NCBI GenBank assembly: GCA_002269645.1
Contig: NIVC01001130.1
Coordinates: 289,815-353,814, forward strand
DNA length: 64,000 nt
DNA from: Macrostomum lignano
Taxonomy: Eukaryota
Reading direction: 5' to 3'
The position numbers were made by a program, and so were the translations under genes. Of the stretch, positions 1-14,889 are shown one piece after another; positions within the stretch are counted from its first letter, which is position 1; every line of letters begins with the position of its first letter. Below the pieces are notes generated by a model, which searched no databases, was not told the origin of the DNA, and saw only the letters and a list, made by a program, of their open reading frames with translations.

Positions 1-2
1 TC

Positions 3-800
3 GTGGAGGCGAGACAGACATTGGATGCTGCTATGAAGGAGACCGTCCGCGAGGGAAACATACCTGGAGTGCAAGCCAGTGAGCCAATTTCAACTGAAGT
101 GGAACACGATCTATGGCAACGCGGACAGTTGGGGACTGAGAATCCGAAACTTTTGAGCACTTTAATGTTTTACATCGGCAAGTGCTTCGCCCTACGAGGT
201 GGAACTGAACTACACGACCTCGAGTACAATAAGGACATTGTCTTGGAAACTGATCTGATTGGTGAGGCACTAGTTTTTAAGGAGAACAAAGCCAACAAGA
301 GCAATAATCGTGGGCTGAAGGCCAAGAGAAGCTTGCCTCAACGAGAGCTGCGAGCATATCACACGCATGGCCATGTTAGGTGCCTCGTCTGCATCTATAA
401 TGCTCACGTTGCCAAGCGTCCAAGCGAGTGTCAGGTTTGCAACCTGTTTCTGTCGTGTCTTCGTGCCGAGAGTTCTATCAAGTCTGGGAAGTGGTACCAG
501 AATGCACCGCTTGGTCGCCACACGCTTGATAACATTGTCAAGGAGATCACGCAAGGAGCTAGCCTGCGCTTCACGAATCAGTCTTTGCAAAAGACCTGCG
601 CCACAACACTGCATCGAGCCGGATTCGACCGAGGTGACATTGCTTGCGTCACTGCACTCCAGTTCAGCTGTGGAGCAGTACATTCGGTTCGACCATGGGG
701 ACCAGCTTCGTGTTGGGCAGGATGGAAGTGTGACCATCACTTGGGAGTGAGTTGTAAAAGAACTATTATTGACCAAATAGTGACTGCTAACGAAATGTAA
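3..800 (+). pseudogene. Crypton-type tyrosine recombinase / DUF3504 (ZMYM/KCTD1-like) fragment, decayed, 5' truncated by window edge
   Basis: Motifs FYIGKCFALRGGTELHDL, WYQNAPLGRHTL, FTNQSLQKTCATTLHRAG match the DUF3504/Crypton YR layout (ALRG..E; TNHSLR.T.AT.L). The terminal GH...Y motif appears after a frameshift at ~654 (gtc act g cac tcc agt tca gct gtg gag cag tac = VT/HSSSAVEQYIR). Confidence 0.75.
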
Positions 801-2659
801 TTTTGGCATGAACTGTATCATCTGTTGTGTTTTTTCATACCTGTTTCCTTTGTTCTATTGTTGGTATTCATTTCAGTCTGTATGGCTGAATATAAACTTG
901 TTCTCAGTCCTCAGTTTGAGTATGGAGAAATGTTTTCTCAGGCCTAGTTTTCGGGCCTGAGAGCTGAATGCACATGAAAAACTACCATAGACCATGACTT
1001 CCATGGGAAAAGAAGAGCCTGATTAAACATCCAAGAAACAAAAAGTGGAGATGAAAGAGTTTTGATATTAGTAATTTATTACTTAATGCCTGTGTGTGGT
1101 GGCTATCCTAATGACTCTTAGTCTATGGCACCACTTTTGCTTTTACACACCGCACTACTCTATGTAGCCCATGGGCACAATCAAATAAAAAGGCAACCTT
1201 TTTCCTTCAAGACTTGCAATGCACTGCAAGCCACTAAATGCCAATATAAATGGAGCCAAACGAGTCACTGCTGCATATAATATATATTTTATTTAAAACA
1301 ATATAATATCTATACATACAAGTCTTTGTAAGATACCTAGTTTCTAGGTATTTTGTTTCTAGGTATGCTTGTAAATAAGATTCTATATCTACGAGCATAT
1401 GCACACATTTCATGTGATGAGTATTTTTGAATAAAATGCTGATCTATATAGGTTAAACACAAAAGTAGCTATTCTATGAGCTACCTGTCAATCAGGGTTT
1501 TATAATCTAGGTTCTAGGCCTTTTATGCTTAGGTATAATAATAATTGATTAGTTGAACACCTGCTAGCAGTGGCTAGTATTAACATGCAATGGGAGATTG
1601 CTTAGGACATTTTAACATTAGGGTGCCTTTGTGCATATGGCAGTAGGGTTGCCACAATTTTTTTAAAGCATTAATTTTTCTATATGTAAATAGCTTGCCT
1701 ATACCCTGAACTAGAATTATTTTTCTTTTTCCTTATCCCTTTGCATATAGTTGTTATGTTTTGTTATGATTGTTATGTTTTGTTATATTTTTTCCTATGT
1801 TGGCCTATTTTCTCTGTCTTAGCTATGGCACTCTTTTGTTCCTGTCTTTGGCCTTGCTATTATATATTTTTAATTTTAATCCATTTTTACGCTGTTCTAC
1901 CTATATTTTCTCATGTTGCCTACTGGCCTTGTCCATATCCTATTTTATGTTTCCACATGTGCAACCCCAAATGTTGGCAATATCAATTTTGTTTATATAA
2001 ATATTTGCCCCAAACGCTAATTGTATTAAAATATCTAAACTAACATACTTCCTTTTTTTCTTTCTTATTGATTTATCTCTTTCCTTTTTCATTTTGACTA
2101 TTACTACTACTACTACTATCTTGACAGTTTGTTAGCCTAAATTTTGCCACTCTAGTGGCTAATTCACTTTAAATTTAGCCTTAGCACACTGCGGCTCTGC
2201 AAGATCCTATCATTTAGTAACCTTATCACAAAATTAATCCTGCTTAACTTCATTAATTATTTATTTGGTACAAAACAATAAAGCTAAACAAAACCCACAT
2301 TTGTTCATTAATTAAGCCCATAGCATTATCTTAAGTAATTTTCCCACAGGGTATAAACCAATTGTTCTCAATTCTAAGCAAGCTCTAAAAATAATATTCT
2401 ATAATATGTAGATTATAGTCGTGACAGCACTATTCTACTTATAATAGGCATCTGACATATTGACATACATAGCAAATTTGGTGTCAGAGGACCCAACTTG
2501 AATGACCATGCCTATTAATGACTGCTTGACTACAAATAATGACTACCTTCTCCCAAGAACTAAGGACCCAGAAAACAGAGTAGTTAGGAGAAAATCTTCA
2601 TTGAGATTAACTATTCAATTTTTGGCTTTTATTTGTGTGAACTCAATACTAGCACCAAT

Positions 2660-3110
2660 TCAAATTCCCCCTTAAGCCTTGACATTTCTACCATTCCCTC
2701 AAGCCTACACATCTTAGAAAACCCCCAAGACTTGACATTTCAGTAGTTCCCCCAAACTTACACATCTTAGAAATACCCCTTAAGCCTTGACATCTCAGTA
2801 ATTCCTCCAAGCCTACACATCTGAGCAATCCCTTAAGACTTGACATTTCAGTAATTCCCCAAGCCTACACATCTCAGAAATACCCTCAATACTTGATGTC
2901 TCAGTAATTCCTCCAAGCCTACACATCTCAGCAGTCCCCTAATACTTGATATCTTAGTAATTCCCCAAGCCTACACATCTCAGAAATACCACAAGACTTG
3001 AAATCTTAGCAATTCCTCTCAAAGCCTTTGCATCTCAGCTGTCTCCCAAGACTTGACATCTCAGAAATTCCTCCCAAAGACTTGACATCTCAGTAATTCC
3101 TCCAAGCCTA
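2660..3110. repeat. Degenerate minisatellite, alternating ~22-bp subunits (aagcctacacatctcag / aagacttgacatctcag)
   Basis: Repeated motifs read directly from the sequence. Confidence 0.75.
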
Positions 3111-3943
3111 CTTAGTTATTATAGATTATCTAAGAGCTACTATGATATTATTTGAGAGCTACTATGGGGATTATTTGAGAGCTACTATGAGATTATTGAA
3201 GAGCTGCCATAAGATTATTGCAAAGCTTCTATGAGATTATTGCAAAGCTGCTATGAGATTATTGTTATAGGATTATTGCTATGAGATTTTTGCAAAGCTG
3301 CTATAATATTATTTTTTGTGGCTTACATGGGGCTTCTTATTTTTTATCTGACACTTTTTAAAGTTTTTTTTAGCTTTTTCTAAACATTAAAATTTTTAAC
3401 AAAAAACTTTTACATTGTAAAAATTTGAACCTACACTGCTGCATTTACAGTTCAGTCTGTTCACCTCAAGGCTAGCTTCCATTGTTTAGATAACATGAAT
3501 TTTATAACTTATATATAAATTCAACACTTTCAAACTCCAAGCATAGTAGTTATGACATAATCAATTTCTCAGGCAGCCTGTATCAGTTTCAAATAAAGTC
3601 AACAATATGGTTACACAATCTAAATCTAGCTAGTCTTGAGCAATGCTTCTAAGCAGAGTTACAATTCAGCTGTGACGCAATCTATTTTAGAATCAGCATT
3701 CAACCAGTCAGTTTTTTCTCTAGCATTTTTACAATGCTTTTCAAGACAAAAGAGCTGCTTGACCTTTACAAAAAAGCATGTTTTTCAAATATTTATTGCC
3801 TTTAGCATTGAGCAATTTCTTAGCCAAGATGCAGGTACCAAGATGCGAAAATTTCTGATCAAATGGTGCAAATTTGAAAAAAATCGGACAATGCATTTGC
3901 TTAAACGATGACAATACAGCTATTTTACATGGAGCCAATTGAC

Positions 3944-4630
3944 ATCTCTACATATAAAAATCAAAACTCTGTGTGTATGTCTGTGTGTGGACAATTTTGA
4001 TTGCTATGGACTCCCAAACCACTTAACCAAATTACACCAAACTTTATACCCACCTTAAACTTACTACGGAGAATGTCTTAGGCTACCTTTGAATTTCTTA
4101 GACTCAAGTCTTCCTACCTAAAAGTACAAAAAACTGCTTAAAATGCACATTTTTTCACTAAATCCTTCATAGCGCCACTCCACTTCTACTGATTCTCTTC
4201 AAATTTGACACAGACAATCTTTAACTATTTTGGCACAATCATGTAAAATTTGAGTCTCAAAGTTAATCCTGAGCGGTGCTGTGCACTTTTAAAGTTAGGC
4301 TGTTTTTTTCAGCATAGTAACCACCCTAACCTCCACCCGCCTGCCTCTCTTTCCTGATCCCAATTTGGGCCCAAATGTGTAAAAGGGTTTCAAAATTGAC
4401 TAACTTTTAGCTGCCAAAAGTTTGCTCCACATAAAGCAATTAACTTTAAACTTGACACAATTTTTCATTGACTTATTCTCTATCTAAATGTAAAGTTACA
4501 ACTCTGTAACTCATTCAGAAAAGAAACTGTAAGCATGTAAAGTTTGTCTGCTTTTTCTGTTGTTAGTGCCACTCACTTACTCATTCCCCCAGAGCCAGAC
4601 AAAGGGTCAGGCGATAGGACTGAATGTACA
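3944..4630 (+). mobile_element. Possible non-autonomous Helitron-like element (decayed)
   Basis: Starts atctctacatataaaaatc followed by (gt)-rich tract and aaaccacttaaccaaattacaccaaacttt, resembling 5' ends of animal non-autonomous Helitrons; 3' hairpin/CTRR end not clearly found. Confidence 0.3.
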
Positions 4631-5270
4631 TAGCAAATGTACAGTGTTTTGGAATAACTTTATTTATAGCCTTCTCTGCACGTCGAGAGTGGAAAGGCTA
4701 CATTTAGCCATAACAGTTTAGTGAGAAATTCTAACCACTTCCTTCCCTTCTATATTGGCAAACTCTGCAGCAGTTCAACAGTGGATGGCAATTGGCAAAA
4801 ATCAAAGGAATTCAGCATGGTTTGTAAAAGCAAAAGATTTATGAAAAGGCAATGCGATGCAATGCAGTACAGCCCTACTAAATTAGGCACACCATGGAAA
4901 TTTTAAGTTTCTTTTAAAGGTACTGAGTAAATTTTAAATGGCCTCCTAAGAAATGCATATTTCCTTGGTTGTTAGACTGATGCAGACTGCGGTAGAGCTG
5001 AAGATACACAAATTCCTTTCAGGCCTGCAAATTGGCAAGAAAGATGACGTGATCAAAGCATGAGAACTACCATGAGATTAGTACATCCCACAAACTGGCT
5101 TTTGAAGCAGAGATGGGCAGGCTTTTACCTCAAAGGCCAGATAAAGAATCCAGCTCATGGCAGAGGGGCAGATGAGAGTGGAAAGAAGAAGAAATAGATG
5201 ATTCGAAGACAGGAAAGCCGACAAAGGGGATAAAAGATAAAAGAAAATAATAGGAGATAAGGGGGTAAGG

Positions 5271-6200
<930 letters not shown>

Positions 6201-6495
6201 AAATTTTAAAGGATCCAAGGGACATAGGGAGAGTCAGGGAGAGGCCAGAGTTTGCCAATACATGTTTTAGAGTCAGACAGAGATTGCCTAACATTCTGCG
6301 GAGTACCCCAGCCAACAATATCAATGTTTGCCTCAAATCCTAATTTTTATACGAATGTGTCCATTTTATCTTTACCTCTATCATACTAACTATTAACAAG
6401 TTTTTGTGTGTATGGCCTTAGATTTCAGAATACATGCAAAAGTAGTTCCAGGGATTGGAATTCCCCAGGTTCAAAATCTATGGGTTTCAACAGCT

Positions 6496-6530
<35 letters not shown>

Positions 6531-6762
6531 ATATAGTTTTCATTTTTAGTATATCTGACTGATAGATATATATATACATATAGTTTTCTTTTTTTAGTAT
6601 ATTTTATTTTTGGCATACATTTTAGGGAAATTTTTGTTTTTGGCATGTATTAGCATATATTTAGCTGAGATAGGATACTTGTTTCAGCAGCCTCATACTA
6701 CTATATAATCCAGTCCCTGGTTATCTGCTAATAATAGAGGTCTATTATACAATTTGGAAAAA

Positions 6763-7237
6763 CGAGTATAACTTTGACCATCAACTTTTTGATCAACTAT
6801 TCCATCAACTTTTCGTGTTAATAGGATAAATAACTTTATCCATCAACTATTCTGTCAACTATTCTGTCAAGTATTCTGTTAACATTTCTGTTAACTATTT
6901 TGTCAACTTTTCCATGAAGTTTTCTGTTAAATTTTTCTGTGAACTCTTCTGTCAACATTTCCATTTACTATTCCATTAACTTTTCTGCCAAATATCTCTT
7001 CACTTTTCTGTTAACTATTTCATCAACATTTATGCAAATCAAATTTTTTATGTAGTCTGAATAGAAAGTGATATAATTTTTTTGCACAAGTGCAGTTTCC
7101 TTTGCAATTAATTTTGTTTTAAATTTGCTGAGTATACATATATATATATTATATATACAATATATAACAATATATACAATATATATATATACAATATATA
7201 TACAATATATATATACAATATATATATATATATATTG

Positions 7238-7286
<49 letters not shown>

Positions 7287-7516
7287 ATAAAAAACACATC
7301 CAAATTAATAGTTACTTCAGTCACTTAAGTGACGGCAACTTTCAAAGACCTAAATAAGCAAATAGTACTATTTAGAATAAATAATAGTTTATGGAATAGT
7401 TAATATAAAACTTGATGAGAAAGTTGAGAGAAAAGTTAATAAAAAGTTAACGGAATACTTGATAGAAAAGTTGATGGAAAAGCTGACAGAAAAGCTGATG
7501 GCCAAAGTTATACTCA
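6763..7516. mobile_element. Non-autonomous foldback/Mutator-like DNA transposon with internal (TA)n
   Basis: Inverted ends cgagtataactttgaccatcaac (6763) / gctgatggccaaagttatactca (7516), repetitive subterminal arms, flanked by direct repeat tttggaaaaa at 6753-6762 and 7517-7526. Confidence 0.75.
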
Positions 7517-7639
7517 TTTGGAAAAAGGCCATTTATTGTCACAATATAAAAAGGTCATTTATTGTCACAACATTACCATATTTTTGAGAATTTTTTACAT
7601 GCATTTGTAATTATTCAATTTTTGTTTAGGCATACACCT

Positions 7640-9147
7640 GGGCATTTCCGCCAAATAGGGACACAAATTGTGTCCGAGTGTGCAAAGAAGAAGAAAAATG
7701 TTGAAAACAGGAAATCTAACTAGAATTTGTTATTAAATTTCTTTTTTTATCTTGTAGAAGCACAAGAAATTTTCTGGTAACAATAAAAGTTGCCGATAAA
7801 AGTTATACTGATCTAAGAAGACGATTAATACTGTAGGAGAATAAAATTTTATATTGAGGCATAATTGCTTGCTTATAATTAACTTTCTTTCAGTCAATAA
7901 TTTTTAATTGTTTCTTAATGCTTTTAATCAACTTTTTAATTCAGATTTTGTTATTTTTGCGCATAAGTTCATACGATATTTTTTAACTTTGTCAAAATGT
8001 TTTTTTCTGCGCGATATACCGAACGTAAATCTCTAATTTTACTTTTCAGTAACTAGCCGATCACCGTAATTATTCAGAAGTTCCAGTGCAACTTTGCAAG
8101 CAGCAAGAAATGCATATGCTTCCACAATCTAGAGAAAGTTTTTCTGAAGCAATATTACAAGTAAATGTGGGGAAAATTGATTTAATACTATGTAAATTAC
8201 TATCTACATACTATAGTGCAAAATGTAAATTACATTTTTATTGATAAATAAACAAGAAATTAATGTGAAACTGTTTTATTTTCCAGCTTTTATACCTAAT
8301 GATAGTCTTGTAAGACTGATTTTGAGAAAAAAACTAGCAAAAATAAAATAAAGGGTACAACATGAAAATACATCTCGTGTAAGTAGTGTGCTTACTACAT
8401 TTAAATGTTAATATTTAAGGTATTTTGACAGATTACGGTTCAGCAGACCACTTTTTGTGAAGCTCTGTATGTCGGCAATCCATAAATATATTGTTTTCAG
8501 CTGATAAAAAGCACTAAAAAAAATTATTGGGTACAACATGAGTACAATCTTGTGGTTAAGATGTCACATCGAAAAAAAATCAATGTCTTAGAAAAATGTA
8601 TTAAGCAAATTCTATTGCTAAAAAATATACTGATACATCATCGCAAAGATGTTTTCCTTCATTTAAGCTAAAAAACGTGAAGATTGAAAGCCTTATGAGT
8701 AAATGAGAGGGTACAACATGAGTACAAATGATGCAAAAACTTACCGTTTATACTTTTTGGTATAGCAAGAAAACTGATAAAAATCAATGACTTCTTGCAG
8801 GTTTTGTGACGAAAAGGAATGATTTTAACAAAGTTTAATGTGTTTTTTTCATGAAACAAAGAGAATTACTATAAAGAATGTTTTCTTCGCTCTTTTATTC
8901 AATGTTGAAGTTAAAAATTGTGTGTTTGGACATCCAAAAAAGTGGCGTCTACGTAAGTTTAAAATGGTTTTTCAACATTAATTTTGCCGATTAACAATCT
9001 TCAAATAGCTTTAAATTGAGCAAAAGTGGTTGTATTTTTCAGTTTAAGTCCTTGTTTGACTTCAATTAGCTGGCTTAAGCTACAATTCATCATTTTCTGT
9101 TTGTTGAAGTGTAATTTTCCGATAGTGCCTAATTGGCGGAAATGCCC
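7640..9147. mobile_element. Non-autonomous TIR DNA transposon (~1.5 kb)
   Basis: TIR gggcatttccgccaa (7640) / ttggcggaaatgccc (9147); acct on both flanks (7636-7639, 9148-9151); internal motif gggtacaacatga repeated three times. Confidence 0.65.
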
Positions 9148-10243
9148 ACCTAGCATGATCTAGACTATAGCTTAGAACTGATATATAGCCTATGTGCAAA
9201 GAAATTACATAACAAAAGAATGTTGCATAAGTGGCAATTGTTGCATATTAAAAATTGTTCCTGAATGCATGAAAAAATCAGCACTAGACATCAGCACTAG
9301 CAGCAAAAGAAAGAATTGTTTTGCAATTATAAATGCAGTTAAAATAAGTCCCAAAGTTGACAACTGAAAAATGAACTTAGAAGGATCTTCAACACATTGC
9401 CCAACAACACTCCCTATTATTGAAGCCAAAATCTCTATTTAGTACTTAGTAGGGCCTATTTGAAATGAATTCGGCAAAGAGGTTTTTGGTGAAGTCTACA
9501 TAAGCTAAAGATTGTGTTGTATATATAATTCTATATAACAAATCTAAAAAATATATATTGACGTTAAGCAGCTGTGAGCTAATTGTTGCAACAAAAAATT
9601 AAAACTTATACAATTATAATAATAGCCTGAAAAAAATAGACCCAAATTTTGACAACTTACAATGGGGTGTATATTCTGATCTTGATGGTGACATTACCGA
9701 GCGCAAAACAAAAGTCAAATTTGTTCACAAAATACTTGTTTATAACTAAAATACAACATTAATAGCAGTAAAAATATTATATCTGTATTTTTTCTTTTTT
9801 GCACAGTAGCTAAAAGTAAATAATAATAAAAATTCTATTATTTAGCTTGAATAAAAATCAATACACTGCGGTGCTTTTTTAAGTTTTGTTCCTATGTAGT
9901 TTCGTAGAACTTGTAGTACCAAACCAAGTAGTTTATACTTTATAATATGTTTAGGTGAATAGAATCCCTGGTTTTATTCTTTCTCAACAGCGAGTAAAAA
10001 TTTAGTGGTAATTTAGTCAAGTAGCCATTTTCTGGACTAAGTCATTAATTCGTTTTGTTAGAAGATTTACAATAAATACACAATATTGCACAATATATTT
10101 ATCAGATTCTATATCACGATAAAGTTCCTGCAGTTAAAAGCTGAATTTCTTTCGATTTTGATAAATAAAGAACGATATTTTTTATGATTGGTTTTTAAAG
10201 TTGTAATACTTAGGCAGATTGCTGCCTCCCTGTGGGTTCTGCC

Positions 10244-10361
10244 ATGGGGTGTTTCAGTGGCAAAAAGAATAATGAAAAAACTGATCAATCAAAAAATATT
10301 GAAAAGAAGCTCGAAAAAGAGCGAAAAGATTACAAGTCAACCCATCGACTACTATTATTAG
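10244..10361 (+). CDS. gnas: G protein alpha-s subunit, exon 1 (MGCFSG...THRLLLLG)
   Basis: MGC start, THRLLLLG motif, GT donor at 10362 (phase 1). Confidence 0.95.
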
Positions 10362-13300
10362 GTATGCTTTTAAATGTATTTATTTTTATTGGTTTAATCA
10401 GCATTCAGTTAAGGTTAGCCTATATAGTCTATTATATTAATGCTTTTTTTGTGAATTGATTTTGATAATATGATAATAGCATACTTTAATTGTCTAGTTA
10501 AATTATTTATAGCAAAATTTGTAGCATCAATTTTCAAAACAATTTAAATATCTAAAATTGAATTATGAAAAATATCCATGGTTTGCATCGTGTATTTGTG
10601 TATAGTAGGTTTAATGCCACAAAAATGACGAGACCTTGTTTGTATGCCGGGTTTGTATATCAATACAAAAAAATTGTCATTTTTCACAATGTATCTTCTG
10701 TGTCGTGTATGCTAGGATATACCCTGATGTATGCTGAAAAATAATATGACCTTTATTATATGCCAGGAAATCCTGGCATATGTTGCCTTTCAAACTATAT
10801 GATCTAGAAGACTAGTTGGTTTTAATTTAAACTACATTTAGAAAGACAGATATATAATAAATGATATATTAATGAAAGAAAAATAGCATATTGTTATTTA
10901 GTATCATATAAATTTTGTCTTAAGGTTTTTATTAATATTTTTGGCATAACTTTGTATTTTGTTTCTTATTATAAATTATATTCTGGATTTTTTAAACTTC
11001 TAGTCTTAAATTTAAAAGTAATTAATGATATTTCAATAATGTATTTTCTTTTGAAACCAAAAGCTTCAAGAAAATTTTTTATAAAAACAAAATTTTATTT
11101 GACCAACACTTACTTATTTCCTTTATTTACTGCTTATACAAAACATATGTAGTATAAATTTTAAATTATATTATAAATTTATATATAGTATATACTTGTA
11201 CACTTAAGGCATCACTAGATAAGTAAAAGTTTCTTATTGCCATTTTGAATGCAAATACTTCTTTGATACAAAAACAAAAAATCTAGTTACCTTTTATTAA
11301 TTTTTATATATGTATATATAATATAAAATAATATATTATAAAGTAGTAGCAATTGTATAAAAGGATAATTCTAACAATATTGCCAAGACTTAGGTAGATG
11401 GAAAATATCTTTGTCTATTATGCAATTACAATATTATAGAAACACGGACTACATGGAGAAGATAGACATGTAACTCCTTTATTATATATACTCTTCTATA
11501 CATGGCAATTTCTTTTGTTCTCATTTTTTCTTTGTGTAATATTGTTCAATGTATATCAAGTTAATATATATATCATCATTAAGCAATAATTGCAATTGCA
11601 TAAACTATATACATATATGTACATGTATCATGTATTATAATATACACAAAATATACAACATATCAGCACATGCTTTTGTAGCCCTTTAAAGTTTTGCAAA
11701 ATTTCTAAAAAATTCATAGTTATATAAATATGCTATTATATAAAACTTATTAAATCTAAATAAACTTTAAAAAATTATAACAATATCATTGATTCATACA
11801 AAGTTCTAAGAAAATTAAAATTAGATGATAAATTTCAAAACTGGACACTTAAATGACTTTTGAAAGAAAGTTTTCTAAAATTGAAATTTACTTGTCAAAA
11901 TCTAAGTCACACAAGATAGTAATCTGAAACAGTGAAATGAAGCAGGTTGTTGAATTGCTAATCTAGAAATGCTAGAAAGTAATCCAAAACTCCAAAAAAT
12001 AGGAAACTGAAGTTATGCCATTTTTATTATATATTATCTGAAGTTATGAATTTACCTGCTAAATTCCAATCCTGGAATTGTTTTTGCATATATTCTTGAA
12101 TCCAAACTCATGTTAAAAGTAAAACAAAAGCTTGTTAACAGCTGGAGATTCGAGTAAATTCGTGTTAAACTAAGATTTGAAGCTTTTGAACCTTCTCTCT
12201 TTTTTTACTCTTATCTGTCTCCTTTTTCTTTTATCCTTCTTTCTTTTCTCTACTTTTTTATAGTCAAAAAGGTGCCATAGAGTGCACCAAAACAAATTTT
12301 CAGGGAATTTCAAGATGATCTGTTTCATTAAATGAGAAATTATACATTTATAAACTGCAAGTTAGTTTAACTAATAATTGTGTATTTTATAACAATTTTG
12401 CCAAAAACAATTGTGCATCACATGCACTAGAAATCTTAATCTCTGCCATGATTACAAGTATATGCCAAGTGCAACAGGGATCTTTTGTGTGCACTGATTA
12501 TTCACCAAGAGCATTGTAGATCCCCTGTATGCACTGTGATTGTATGCTAAGTGCATCTTAGACCCTTATATATACTAAATTTTTCCCTGGCAAATGCTAC
12601 CTTCATGACAATGGTATTGTCTTATCTCTTCTTTACTCTTTTTTCTCTCTTCTCTTTCTTCTTTTCCCTATATTCTCTCTTCTCTTTTCTCTCCTCTCAT
12701 ATCTTTTTTTCTTGTCTTTTTTTACTTTTTTTCTCTTTATTTTCTGTCTACTCTCTTATATCTCTTGTTTATTATATAATAATAAACTGAAAGTGTTAAA
12801 CCTATATAATAGTGTAGTAAGTTAGGCAGCTAGAATAGTTCCCAAAATTTAACCAAACCTCTAGTAAAGAGTGCTAATAAAGTTGAAGTTTCCTAAACTT
12901 CCTAAACTTAAAGTTTCCTAAACAATATATTGCTATATATACTGCACTACTCCTTATTCTAGGCAACTTGCTACTTTCTAGCTTGCAACTTTCCAGCCAG
13001 CAACATTTGGCTGGCAATTTTTTAGCTGGTAAAGTTTGTGCTTCCAGTAGTCATCAATGAATTTAGCCAATAGACTAGGGGGGTATAATGGCTATTAATA
13101 AATGTGGCTATTAGACCAAGGCTCAGGGGATAAAGTACCAATTAACCTAAAGGATTTGGTGCTAGAGATTGCTTTGAGATTGAAATCTTGTCAAATCCTT
13201 AACTATTTCCAATATTACCAAGGTCCAAATTTGAAAAAATAATGTTTGAAAACTATTGCATATAGAAAGAAATCATAAATATGGCATATTGAAAAAACAA

Positions 13301-13379
13301 TTTTACATACCATTTCACCCATTATAAGGGTGCCTTATACCCTATGATATGCAAATATTTGTTATTAAGAACATCTTTA

Positions 13380-14166
13380 GGCTCATTCCATATAAGATGG
13401 ACATTTTTGGAAAATAGAAAAAAGTCAATATTTTTGCTTGCCATTGCCTTATCAGCCAATTTTTTTACCAAATGTTTTTTATGTGTAATATCTACAATCT
13501 AAGAATAAATGAATGATAATATGTTAGATTAGTATGCTATCAAGTGGCAAAAAGTCATTTTCGTAAAAATTTAGACATTTTTCTAAGCAAAAGACATCAT
13601 TAAGTTTGTGTACCTTTTAAAAACAAATAGAAAGCTTTGGAAGGTTGAAACAAACTATAGATAAAAGTATAGTACTTGCATCATCAGATAAAAGTATTGG
13701 TGACCAAATAATCTATTATATTTTTAATATATTGGTACCTCAAAGTTACTAAATTGACAGAAAAAAATATGTTACGACCATAATGTTACGACCATAAGGC
13801 TGCCTTTTCTTTTGTATCTTTGTTGCCTTTTTGAGTTTATATATTCTACAAAAAGAGTATGATTACTAAAGATGTTCTGAGTCAAATTTTAAAAAATGTA
13901 TTGCAAAATATCAAAAATAAAAATGTTATAAGACTTTTACCTTTTAGTTTCTATATGTCAAAAATCCTGTTGTTACGACCATAAGTGCCATTCAAGGTTT
14001 AATAGCATCTATACTAATGATGATATCTACATGAAACTCTATAAAAATATTTTTGACAAAATTATCTTTCATTTAAAATATTGGTTTAGTATATTCTATT
14101 ATTATATTTCATTTTATAAGTAAAAATAGCCTGTCATGTTACGACCATGCTTATATGGAATGAGCC
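13380..14166. mobile_element. MITE-like TIR element (787 bp) in Gs intron 1
   Basis: TIR ggctcattccatataag (13380) / cttatatggaatgagcc (14166); ttta on both flanks (13376-13379, 14167-14170); internal tgttacgaccat x4. Confidence 0.75.
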
Positions 14167-14791
14167 TTTAATCATTGTAGATTAGAGCAAATGGGGATCT
14201 ATGCAGACTAGTTTAGAATCCTTGTTACTAGAATTCTGAACAAAAATTAGACTATTTTAGCACATAGCAATTTTTATGTAACAATTCTATGATTATATTA
14301 TATATCCTATGTGGATAAATGAATCAATTAGTACTACGAGCTATATGCACTTGAAAAATAACAAATAAAGTACTAGGAAACCTTCCTAGTACTTTATTTG
14401 ATTGGAATTAATATTATTTGTATATTTATTTAGTATATTAGGTTACTTATATTGTAAGTCCATAAACTATCTTTAAAATTTACTCAAATAAATTTATAAT
14501 CAATAATAAAACAAATAATCTAAAAATTTTACATAATGCAATTAGCAAAAATCATTGTATTTGTCAATTGCAAGCTTATAAAGTTTTTTCCTTTGATATA
14601 CATGGCATAAACCTTAGTAAGGCTAAAACTTTTCTAATATAAGCTTAGCATGATCTTTGCTATGGTATATATGAAATTAAATTTATTTTAATACTGTTTT
14701 GTAAGATACTTTAATTAGTTTATTAAGCAGAATTACAAGTGAAATTTAGTAAGTTACTCTGTTATTAATTTCAATAATGCAATTATTTTAG

Positions 14792-14864
14792 GAGCTGGAG
14801 AATCTGGCAAAAGTACTATTGTTAAACAGATGCGAATTCTGCATATCAATGGCTTCAGTCCAGA
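14792..14864 (+). CDS. gnas: G alpha-s exon 2 (P-loop [22 protein letters not shown])
   Basis: AG at 14790-14791, GTAAGT donor at 14865, phases fit exons 1 and 3. Confidence 0.97.
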
Positions 14865-14889
14865 GTAAGTAAAAACTTCAACTTATTAT

